Shown: in pieces, positions 39,301 through 45,832 of the stretch
Numbering within the stretch: the first letter of the stretch is position 1
How the letters are laid out: every line of letters begins with the position of its first letter
From: a virus
Taxonomy: Duplodnaviria; Caudoviricetes
Length of the DNA: 64,000 nt
Direction: 5' to 3' (one strand)
Virus record (IMG/VR): IMGVR_UViG_3300008954_000001
The notes under the pieces: generated by a model
Told to the model about the DNA's origin: nothing
What the model saw: only the letters and a program-made list of their open reading frames with translations
Database searches by the model: none
Translations under genes and position numbers: made by a program

Positions 39301-42300
39301 ACGAATCCGAACTCGTCGTTCACGAGCCAAGTCTTGACTCACATTCGCTATTAAAGCGTCAGTCCCGATCACCCCAACAGGAGATAGTAGGTGAATCTGA
39401 AACGTCTCTCGTGGCATGTGATTGAAGCGTTTGTAGACATAATCAACACTCAATTGATCGTCGATCTCATCGGGGGTTCGTAACGAGTAGACCTCCCACG
39501 AAACCACCCCATCTGAATCCGATGGGAAATTGGGCCACACGGTAAGAGTGTCCTCGTCAAACGCCTCGATCAAATAGGAGCCGACAGAATCCCCTGTGAG
39601 GACTTTCAGGCGGGCACCAATGGCAATGTCAGGGATAGCGTTGAAGCCAACCCCCTCAGGCCCCGCTGAGTCGTCTGTGAACACATTCCCACCCTCATCG
39701 AAGGTGCCTTTCGCCCCCAAGGATAGAAGTGCTCCGATCTCCTGAATCAGGATAGCGTTCCCTGTCGCCCCTTCTTGGGGAAACAAGTAATCTTCTCCGT
39801 CTGTTTGATACTTATATCCGTCCGTACCGGGATCACGGCTTAAGAAGAAGCCTTTGAGGGCGGGATGTAGGCTTTCGGGAACAACCCCTTGAACCCCGAA
39901 GCTGATTGTAGATACGGGGGTCTTGGTTTGAAACGCTACCGCCCTACTCCCCAACCAAACAAAGCGACCGATCCCAAACTGGTGGAGGATATCCTCCATG
40001 TGGACAAGACTTCGCTGGTATGGACCATCAAAAATCTCAAAGAAAACCCCTTCATCAACACCAGCCACATCTTCCAGCGGGGCTTGTTGAAGGAACATAT
40101 AGGGGGAGCCACCAACATCCCCCAAATAAAGGCTTTCAATGCGGTTCGTGGCCCGAAAGTCGGGAGTTCCGTCATCGTTCCCCTTATTGAAAGGGGTTCT
40201 TTTGAAGCCGATGCAACCCCCGGTATCTGGTAGCCAGTTCAAGTCTAATGAGGTGCCAGCCAAATTGACATCTGTAAGGGGGTAGGATGTCTTCCAGAAG
40301 GGGTTGAAGCCTAAAGCCGCACACCCTGAAAAGTCCTTCTCTCCGTCCACCCCTGGAAGGATCTCAATCATCCCCTCACCCGAAGTGGCCGTTAGGAAAA
40401 GACGGTTTCCGATGTAGCCAGCTTCGTAGCCGCTGCCGTCCAGAATAAGGTTGATGCTTTCGGAGACTTCCTTCGCCGTATATGTGTCGGGATCAACCGT
40501 CACTTCTTCTGTAAGTGAGAGAGCTTCCCAGATTTTGTAATGACTTCCCCCAACAACTAACTGCAAAACCTCGTCACCACGAAGAGCGTAGGGTCCATCT
40601 TTCCGAGAAAACATGCGGATATCGGACGCATAAAAGGCTGGCGTAAAGTCTGTGTTTTGGAAGTAAAGTGGCAACCCCTGTCGCTCATCTTGGTTAGGGG
40701 CTGACCGATTGAATACAAGGGGTGAAGTCTCCGCCCCACCATGATTAGAGGAGCCATAAGTAGTGTAAACCTGAGTCAGGCTTGGGCCAAAAACCCCATC
40801 CAAGTCATCGGGGTCTTTTTTGACCACCAAATCCTCAAAAGCCTTATTGGGGTTGAATAGGAAAGTGTCTCCAACCCCCCGACACTTCCGAACTACGCCT
40901 GACTTCCCCGGCCTTCGTCCAACGACCTGACTAAAATTAGGCTCTCGCCCTGTCTTGTCCTCTTCGATCCTTATTCCAGAAACACCAAGGCCGGGAACTG
41001 GAATCGCTACGGGAGCGTTATACCCATCAGACTCCGTAAACTCATCGGTCACAAGTGCGGGAGCCTTTAACGGTTGGGCAACTCGGCACATAGCAACGCC
41101 GTCGTAGTAAAGGGTAGCCCCTGACCACAAAGGCTCAAAATCATCGTTTGGGGCATCCACCTCCCCCATATCCGCTTTTGTTATGTCAGCGGCACTCAAC
41201 TTGATTTGACCTGTCGTCAAAGACACGCCAACTTGACCCGTGTTGATAATCGAATCGCCCAACTGCTGATCGTTATCCGCAAACTGAACGTCCAACCACT
41301 GTCGATTTCCGATCTTCAGTAGGGGTCTTTCTGTAGAACTTGGGATCGGAGAAATGAATAGAGGTTCGAGATCCGTGCCAAGGATCTTCCCCACTTCACC
41401 TTCAGACTCCGACTCGAAGATATCTTGTATGTACCAAATAGTCTGGCCCGCATACTGAGCAAAGACTCCTGGGTGCCACTGAATAATGCCGTTCTTGTCC
41501 CCAACGATCCCAACGGGAGCGGGGTCAAGCACAGAAAAGTCGTAGGTGGCATCATCAATAATGCTGTCAGGTACAACCAAGATCCCACGGAAACCAATCG
41601 TGCCTGCCTCATCGTCCCCTAAAGGGATTGATCCAGCATCAGGACGAACCCCTAAGCGCACCATGGCTACGGAATCAGGGATTTGTGTGCCGACTAAGTA
41701 ATCCCCGACAACCAGATTCTTTGGTCGAGGGGCTAACTGAGTTGTGGCTTTTTCAGCGTCCAATCGGCCCAAATTCTTGATGGGGCCGCCCTTGTAGGGT
41801 GCCCAACGCTGATCTTTCCCGCTAAACCCAAAACGAGTTTGAGAAGGGTCATTGCGAGTCCACCAAAACTTAGGGGGGGACAGATAATAACCAACCTCTG
41901 TGACCCGATCTCCTCGTTTATGGCTCAACCCCGCCACAGAGTTCTCAGTTGGACTCAGCACACCCCGATTGAAGACGGTGTCCTCAACATAGATCACGCC
42001 AGAGTTGGGGGCGGGGCAAGAAATGTTGCCATCGGCTACCGAAAGGGTCACATCATCCCAATCGTCTGACCAATCCCCTCTACGGACGTTGATATAAGCC
42101 ACCCCTGATATGGTTCGGCCACCGTCATCTGTCAAAATGACTCGGCTGCTGGCCGTCAAAGGAGCTAAAACCTGCGCCACTACCTCTAAGGCTTCAGGAA
42201 CAACCTCTCCCTCTGGCATATAGAGTTCAAACGGCTCTGTAAGGGTCAGACTGTCAATGTCCAACACCTCCGCCACAGTTACGGCGTATTCAGTCCCAAA

Positions 42301-42804
42301 GGAATCCTCAAAAATAATGGTGGCATCAGTGCTCAGTTCAGAAACAAAATTTGTCCCAAGCCCTGTCACCAAAGTCGAGTCGTTCATAAACGCTACGATG
42401 CCCGTCAAGAACACGGGAAGAGTATCGTCCTCATCGAGACTGTTACAGGACTCAGACCCGTTTACAGGTATCCTACAAGAGCCTTGGGTCACCACGAAGT
42501 CGCCACCCTCAACCGTAGCGACACTCCCTGTGGTAGCGGCGAATACCAAGTATTCCTCTAATTCGCCCTCATTCCCCATAAGAACTGAAGAACGGTACTG
42601 ATCGACACAAGGATGGGTTGGGTGATCTCCCCAAGCAGTTCGGAAGCCTTCGGAATACCCAAACCCAATGGGAGTGTGAGGTTCCGTTCCGTCAGAGAGC
42701 TTCTTAATGTCGAAATCGACACCCCCCCGTGGTGCCCCCGTTTTGGGGTCATTCGAGGGGGCTACTCTTGGCCCTCTAAGTACGTGTCCATCAAAATTGC
42801 TCAA
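30310..42804 (-). CDS. Giant acidic beta-rich virion protein of unknown function, 4164 aa
   Basis: Uninterrupted 12.5-kb ORF between the spike-tip candidate and the wedge genes. Recurrent short beta motifs and a helical C-terminus. No family recognised. Confidence 0.9.
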   Translation of the reverse strand: MSNFDGHVLRGPRVAPSNDPKTGAPRGGVDFDIKKLSDGTEPHTPIGFGYSEGFRTAWGDHPTHPCVDQYRSSVLMGNEGELEEYLVFAATTGSVATVEGGDFVVTQGSCRIPVNGSESCNSLDEDDTLPVFLTGIVAFMNDSTLVTGLGTNFVSELSTDATIIFEDSFGTEYAVTVAEVLDIDSLTLTEPFELYMPEGEVVPEALEVVAQVLAPLTASSRVILTDDGGRTISGVAYINVRRGDWSDDWDDVTLSVADGNISCPAPNSGVIYVEDTVFNRGVLSPTENSVAGLSHKRGDRVTEVGYYLSPPKFWWTRNDPSQTRFGFSGKDQRWAPYKGGPIKNLGRLDAEKATTQLAPRPKNLVVGDYLVGTQIPDSVAMVRLGVRPDAGSIPLGDDEAGTIGFRGILVVPDSIIDDATYDFSVLDPAPVGIVGDKNGIIQWHPGVFAQYAGQTIWYIQDIFESESEGEVGKILGTDLEPLFISPIPSSTERPLLKIGNRQWLDVQFADNDQQLGDSIINTGQVGVSLTTGQIKLSAADITKADMGEVDAPNDDFEPLWSGATLYYDGVAMCRVAQPLKAPALVTDEFTESDGYNAPVAIPVPGLGVSGIRIEEDKTGREPNFSQVVGRRPGKSGVVRKCRGVGDTFLFNPNKAFEDLVVKKDPDDLDGVFGPSLTQVYTTYGSSNHGGAETSPLVFNRSAPNQDERQGLPLYFQNTDFTPAFYASDIRMFSRKDGPYALRGDEVLQLVVGGSHYKIWEALSLTEEVTVDPDTYTAKEVSESINLILDGSGYEAGYIGNRLFLTATSGEGMIEILPGVDGEKDFSGCAALGFNPFWKTSYPLTDVNLAGTSLDLNWLPDTGGCIGFKRTPFNKGNDDGTPDFRATNRIESLYLGDVGGSPYMFLQQAPLEDVAGVDEGVFFEIFDGPYQRSLVHMEDILHQFGIGRFVWLGSRAVAFQTKTPVSTISFGVQGVVPESLHPALKGFFLSRDPGTDGYKYQTDGEDYLFPQEGATGNAILIQEIGALLSLGAKGTFDEGGNVFTDDSAGPEGVGFNAIPDIAIGARLKVLTGDSVGSYLIEAFDEDTLTVWPNFPSDSDGVVSWEVYSLRTPDEIDDQLSVDYVYKRFNHMPRETFQIHLLSPVGVIGTDALIANVSQDLARERRVRIRFGLHHTLIESEVDGLSYFAPRAAVRWLETTELGLLANASLFLTSNHIPDDTHLASGDYRLRIATLLIASDELVEVPTSDDFSEDPTGVEITADTRELKFSSQILDDYGQAIVIYEETLFPPELLEAGKAEVNSVDGTIALSEIDIANNMGEQVYWDSRMVTEDQTDVFLNPMAGAFMFREQLLEWQIVEATYQTTNAAGELLKDDDDNILPEIVEFLPLHVRAEECEKVNNTTFKFNPTGRTVRQDIEPIIYVGPEMASEYGPIIASVDYETNEITLEYDVPDLPEAVLSDPLDPDSPIIETTPVWDGTYAATLAGRKVTITYAVLEAFGGESVYTVSAPPVYRPPFFLDGKVSSFELLEDRSADLHPGQLMRLGSVLFYLKAVAYDAETDLTTVTFYPESPSSGAGSRAPGNDVLSLITEWPVAREVDPSDPVVISEDPSGNLWGNTASSPHGFLVPIGERLVFGNPDEPEPSNVGFEPTPKTRGEVIFFANLIEALGQGFLIEIGGSPHTITGLALSEDGTRTTVSITPPLPKGILYGDDEVLVSTRPIYPPDDTTYLGFGRPFLASEETDVVLWGEVDKFGTTLPGRTMTPFQDYIADPQTGDIDFQYPIQQYIQSDQRLTFRRIRIRVVKPKMVEGYPQFPTFNLRYLHEVAPSEGNGLLGNLLMGTYSYHTPDSFYYRAIPLLDFAGEAATEIIKKAAAKQSSYGSTLAVGGDKNWENGRVGIKVEQDHLYDTDRAARAYLSFFNEVCVGFEQISEAATGRIVGDRDGKFRFWVGEGLEYTPPGFTNPVSGKLNPRYAYGRAFLRFMPPDTDVIVDEDDLIVDPTDFSIDSAEELDGVMPSSDWRELLIDNQMEYIKNDVDDRVVIGFRVSGIRWRFPGWPQIEIKGRIRSMEETHYLSRIFPNKANYFTTTYPGLGADPKNMDFGTYSFLKIMDWKLRSTFLSTIGQVENPVIGPITNVTDTTMRPRTARARVFRYSIIGFPELDEELFDGGVADPNSFSEIPRPAVIASVVDLPDFPLKEGWPNIASFATTDPENGLPDLNTGNWEDHVPPWAVGMRLQFGHPNGDMVVPKYNEKTGWGPNEEFKELFVGEIIKGCVMTFASGDIITNPNMIIDPANNEEPITLAHSDTLVMLVGDGVSTEGVDPDDPSFSDLGAYASSLPTYREGFDYTVSGSGRIRDLTFPEWSTPMLGIHEMFGQHGPNPHQRIEGDADFYNSSLTPLAIPALKGETRDDSGDYTLPYMKSTNTELVRLREAMASVIAIMQQDSTFTPLPHVWKSVYPDEIFNTAFPLAEADGSGLKLEADAAPVGGTYEDGSGLGDLRAGDLVLIETDQGAPLPAPAGVQGFLSVGGYTVHGEEPDRYSVISVPRFVTRSKPETPINYEINRAMATMGNFESDAIYVESGLRVRETVVNGSDPLFPHEQGYTETRLEFEIIGFNVDDGAANDTTPFGSGYYDPSSGTPGYDVATGGLNDLLAQAEVGTKLTFQLLQRATLIEDPGPPITYSYEPDALAGDGSVLLTLDVVKVTMGDDPELMGGAGAAHVFQLEIDGSPIGYIQTPDGVGGTLHEQWLYTTNDSPSAVMVIRTYHPEAPEQYSDPFPPGHPDEGLANPDHDPNAVSSWFDWTRFVHIDLTDNLPYEINDGSGDPSIAPFIPRERYTWGHAEVWEGDIIDHSPAIVSDFADAYEEVLMSVEVIDGVNAYIDSDRLTFTCPVDVRNGKVRGTTHPISEINLEMDLNVSKVTGQAIETDSDYFNWIGLPVEIPLNVNDMAHVNGGVPFTFLPRHDWMTDIDPDNIPAGEEPPTIDGVGYWRTGYGVLRVMGFEAHGNVPITFTEAAKTAAIPSSDLTPTSLVIPPNLPEGRYGDMLWHQDADADPLTGSSSFPNRISTYSMDETMPYLNDPDECSFKCPEVEAGDVVYIQTGPGEYASTKVGTYLVRYGLDPQNHSDGKNLTPAGGTFYPDPAWEGTGTINGQKAPMRPVRASEETVNWNTNDGWLDLRVPAITAFDEANDILTVSGLRTFDGAPTTNGTSWLDPGGVGLFEAYLYILFENPTDSMNQTDLDEAVLRCEYTAIDAAAGTFTLDLDTAKGGGGTVLSYEDAKELVIASVGKNITGAKFFPINIKHPNTTKYPDIRLSGHDWSELPDDPNPRATDLGVDGLREHRAIRGFVDIQLQNEDMAYGDTQTWTAHGDGDYEPPLPYDGLYNRARIRKHDWMGVNPDKGPEGHILVGKTPATGWVHGEFQEDENALAAYETIPTYIDISFLSLGGEFGINDPTASVANNCLNCLLPGTVFNATFWAEAGVFLEPNFPRPTFDLGRATRSVVCDDNGTVPATEESLDPNEVGERTVLDFIADEDGDTVPDYPFDHFVERVQFSVRRIRRFHNYVLDPLSDAMKGLRFAYETRRSECVSYTQGYTFGKLIVKPPPDAEDITGWGTQLGPLTDDDVNINVGDIVRVMNTTTGELRGWGEISKVEGTLEDIGAGWLQGTEIQIGPPGFVGDDPIAGDQLEIYLFRPPVPHQQSNEQLLELATEEIIMTRRAALGPGNDENGYPAAGGIVKWDASSLPVPEPGDPPHPNTDIYGASVNFLTDTNAGLEDGQINFQSEGIEEGDYLLIDPAGEVEGWDNTQEQPDPVEEGLRPFGDIGTAVSEADGYEKGYPGELDDNRGYYKIEKIEETRVQVSPNRLGASELIGSSGQPNPIDKLHGGGSTPLNFFALYPTISASSLSGEIDPLDGTANGREGQGDLRPTAFAGEDPHQGLWANGGPAWDEPGGETGVPPHNSFKETPFSIGPFSYKVIRPTKFLKDDTVEMILFHRERILSLMENFEGAMRGDKSGTYWDFQNERHSFDLGDPTIPDTGLGVPRNNFLYGLAGQYQYAPFLNDSDCLSALDRRVILEDILLDIEHPPNDTPDPFYTKFSEEDGFPLLLGRIDQILDKTDRIRQKRLAWLFLRTTKTDGTLANIRNWKAQLVERLIERERMRRLQESMGG

Positions 42805-42816
42805 ACCACTACACCA

Positions 42817-43413
42817 TCAAGAAATCATGTTGCTTGGACTTGATCCCGCCGCCACAGCGGGAGCGGGAGTCACGGGGGAGATTGCACCTGTCCCAAACCC
42901 TAAGGCAAGGTTCAAAGCAATCCCATTTCCAATACCTGTTGCTAACATGGGTAACAATACCCCCTTCATACCCACGGCCTTGAATCCGCTCTGAATCGAC
43001 TTGATTAATTTAGGTGAATTAGACACCACCACCTTAGCAATATCGGCCCCACCTGAAACACCTGCAACCGACCCCCTGTAATATGCGCTTTGATTTATAG
43101 TGTTCGAGAACCCGATAGAGATCGCAGTCGCCATCTCCACCATCTTGACCCCCTTTAGGCCAGCAGCAAGGCAAGCCCCTATCACCACTGGCGGTGCCGG
43201 GGGGCAAATTACCTTACCGCTCGATATCATCCCCGCACCCGCTGGCCCTACTGGACAAACACCGACCAGCATCGCATTAGAGGTTTGGGCATTGATCCAG
43301 TTCTGAACCCCCATCCCAATCCCATTGGTCATCATCAACCAACCCGGAGCCGTGGACTTGAAACTGCTTGCTGAACGAATGTTTTGAGCAAGCGACACCC
43401 CAATAACAGGCAT
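42817..43413 (-). CDS. Small Gly/Ala-rich protein with three internal repeats, candidate spike-tip protein, about 198 aa
   Basis: ATG at 43413 has GGAGG RBS (the ORF-track start at 43491 overlaps the spike gene). Immediately downstream of the spike. Three repeats similar to LATGIGxG. Confidence 0.6.
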   Translation of the reverse strand: MPVIGVSLAQNIRSASSFKSTAPGWLMMTNGIGMGVQNWINAQTSNAMLVGVCPVGPAGAGMISSGKVICPPAPPVVIGACLAAGLKGVKMVEMATAISIGFSNTINQSAYYRGSVAGVSGGADIAKVVVSNSPKLIKSIQSGFKAVGMKGVLLPMLATGIGNGIALNLALGFGTGAISPVTPAPAVAAGSSPSNMIS

Positions 43414-43424
43414 AGCAGCCTCCT

Positions 43425-45776
43425 TTATACGAAACGCATCCCGTAGGCCGCTGTCGTAATCATCTTGTACTTCAACCCTGTAATCGGACAAAGGGAGCCG
43501 CCCGTAACAGGGCTGCCTGGAGCCGCTGCATTAGCCGCTGCCGTGAAGGTAAACAAACAAGCGTTCGCATCATGTTTACCTACCGTATCTGTACTGTACC
43601 CTGTCAGGCCCGTCAGGGACATGGCCGCCAACTGCGCTTTGTGGGAGATCCCACCAACCAAAGTCGAATTCGTATAACCGTTCGCAAAATCTTGGACGGT
43701 TTTGTTTGTGCCACACTTACTGGTTCGTTTACCTAACCCGATGATGTGTTTCTCATCCCCAAGTTTGCGATTGACCTCACCATCCCCCGCATCAACCGTG
43801 CATTTCGTACTGCCATAAAGATAGTGGCTCTCATCCACAACAGTCGGGTAAGCAGCGCAACCAGAGGCGGGGCTACTGGTGAACTCTGTTTTTCGACACG
43901 GGCCGTCTTCGGAAGAACCCCCACCATGGGTGTATTTGGCGGTTTTCGACGTAAATACCTCTTGGTTGTCTCCGGCAAAGGATATCTTTGGAGACTCTAC
44001 CTGACACGATGATTTTACACGGCAATCGAAGGTATCAGCGTCATGGAAATCAAAGCTCTCTTGAGCCGAAAAACGGGCACTTCCCGCCACCGTCATTTTT
44101 GAATGGCCGCCAGAATTCAACATCAGGGCAGGGTCATCCTTGGATTGATCTTTCTCGCTCCCTCCCGCCGAGGACATGATGGCATCACCACCAAACATGG
44201 GGCGAGCCGCATTGATCGTTACTGGTCCAGCGGGAGCATCTAATGACACCCCTTCCCCGCCTTCCCCCACAACACTCATCTTTTCAGTGCTCTCAATAGA
44301 GTACGGGCTGGCCGTTCGGAAGGAGTAACCACCTTTGACAAACACTTGAAGGCCGTTCTCGATCCACACAAGCATCTTGCCGTCTTTACGAGAAGCCACC
44401 CAAGAGGAACCCGACCTCGCCGTAACTGTCGCAGGGTTTACTTTCAGCATCATGGAGGCGTGTTCGCCTATGGGCTTTCCTACACCTGAAGACAGAATTC
44501 CTTCCCCATTGACGATTTTTGGAGCAATTGGCTTTCCGTAAAGGTCCGGGTCACCGTAAAAATCATTCCCAACCACTGACCCCAACACGAACTCAACCAT
44601 GGGGGGCATCGCAGTCCCTCCCATGGGAAGACGATCCGCATCAAAGTTGTCTGTCGCTTCCGTAACGGGAAGCGTAGCGTCTGTCGTTTCTGCGACCTCT
44701 ACTCGAAACTCAGGGTCAAACCCCCACATACCGAGAGCGGCAGCATTGTGTGGTTCCCCCATCGGAGCCGCCTTGGACCCCACGTGCGCCCCGTACCGCC
44801 AGAATCCTTTGCCTCCATAGTAAGCGAAGTCCTCGGAAACATTTTTCGCCCTACCTTCATCATTGATAAACCCACCAGCTTCTAAAAAGCCAAACGGGTC
44901 TAAAGCACCGAACGGCACCCCTTTGCCTTGCATTTCAACTATAAAGATATTTTTTTCATCTTCGTCCCTTCGGAAAGGAAGAGCGGGGTTCAAATAGCCG
45001 TCTTCCTGAAGACCAAAACGACCATCGGCTTCGGCACTTGGGAGCTTGTCTAAGTAGTTCAAGAGATCGGCATGTTCCCAATCTTGTCCGTCCGAGAACA
45101 TCTCCGTAGGCAAGATATTAGCGTCTCGTTGAATTGGCCCCGCATAAACACGGGTGCCAGACATCGCCATGTGCGTGACTACTGAACGAGTGATCAAGGC
45201 TTGATCCTGATCTTGTAATCGGATCTCGTTGCCCCTTCGGTTCGCCAAAGTAACGGACTCGTCTAAGACTAAATCTGAACCTTGTGCCGAAGACGCAACA
45301 ATATGTCCCGGCTCCATATGGCGTAATTTGAACCGCTCTCGATCAGAAATGCCCTTAACCATCTGCCGAACACCAGTGGTGTCCATTCCCTCACCCCGCT
45401 CAAACTCCTGAGCGGGAACCCAATCACGAGCAAGCATTGGAGGAGGCGGGAACCAACTTAAAACCATAGGGCGTTTTGCAGAGGCTTGGCCCGATGAATT
45501 TGAGGAGATCCAGCCAACCACACAGTAATCGCCTATGGATGGCATCGACCCCAAGAAAGAACGCCTACCGCCACCTGCATAAGTGATAGGTACGGGGGCC
45601 AACTGGTTGTTTTCAGGGTTGCCCGTAAGCATTTGAAGAGTCACATGATGTGACTCATATTCAACGAAGATGACTTTAGCGACAGCTAAGGACCACGCAG
45701 ACCAGCCGGAGCCTGTCTTCATCCCTTCAAGTTCGGTTTCTTTTCGGTAGAGTAGATCGAGATAGGTATCTGCCAT
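43425..45776 (-). CDS. Central baseplate spike (T4 gp5/P2 gpV/VgrG C-terminal-like), 783 aa
   Basis: OB-fold-like N-terminus AKVIFVEYESHHVTL...PVPITYAGGGRRSFLGSMPSIGDYCVVGW. C-terminal short beta-strand repeats ending VTGGSLCPITG. Follows the hub. RBS AGGAGG. Confidence 0.85.
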   Translation of the reverse strand: MADTYLDLLYRKETELEGMKTGSGWSAWSLAVAKVIFVEYESHHVTLQMLTGNPENNQLAPVPITYAGGGRRSFLGSMPSIGDYCVVGWISSNSSGQASAKRPMVLSWFPPPPMLARDWVPAQEFERGEGMDTTGVRQMVKGISDRERFKLRHMEPGHIVASSAQGSDLVLDESVTLANRRGNEIRLQDQDQALITRSVVTHMAMSGTRVYAGPIQRDANILPTEMFSDGQDWEHADLLNYLDKLPSAEADGRFGLQEDGYLNPALPFRRDEDEKNIFIVEMQGKGVPFGALDPFGFLEAGGFINDEGRAKNVSEDFAYYGGKGFWRYGAHVGSKAAPMGEPHNAAALGMWGFDPEFRVEVAETTDATLPVTEATDNFDADRLPMGGTAMPPMVEFVLGSVVGNDFYGDPDLYGKPIAPKIVNGEGILSSGVGKPIGEHASMMLKVNPATVTARSGSSWVASRKDGKMLVWIENGLQVFVKGGYSFRTASPYSIESTEKMSVVGEGGEGVSLDAPAGPVTINAARPMFGGDAIMSSAGGSEKDQSKDDPALMLNSGGHSKMTVAGSARFSAQESFDFHDADTFDCRVKSSCQVESPKISFAGDNQEVFTSKTAKYTHGGGSSEDGPCRKTEFTSSPASGCAAYPTVVDESHYLYGSTKCTVDAGDGEVNRKLGDEKHIIGLGKRTSKCGTNKTVQDFANGYTNSTLVGGISHKAQLAAMSLTGLTGYSTDTVGKHDANACLFTFTAAANAAAPGSPVTGGSLCPITGLKYKMITTAAYGMRFV

Positions 45777-45809
45777 GGGTGCCTCCTAAGGACTCTACCC
45801 TGTGGCGGA

Positions 45810-45814
45810 TATAG
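45810..45814 (-). promoter_or_regulatory. CTATA motif, candidate late-promoter core
   Basis: In the 45777-45832 spacer. Confidence 0.3.
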
Positions 45815-45832
45815 GCTGTTCAACCGAGGAAG

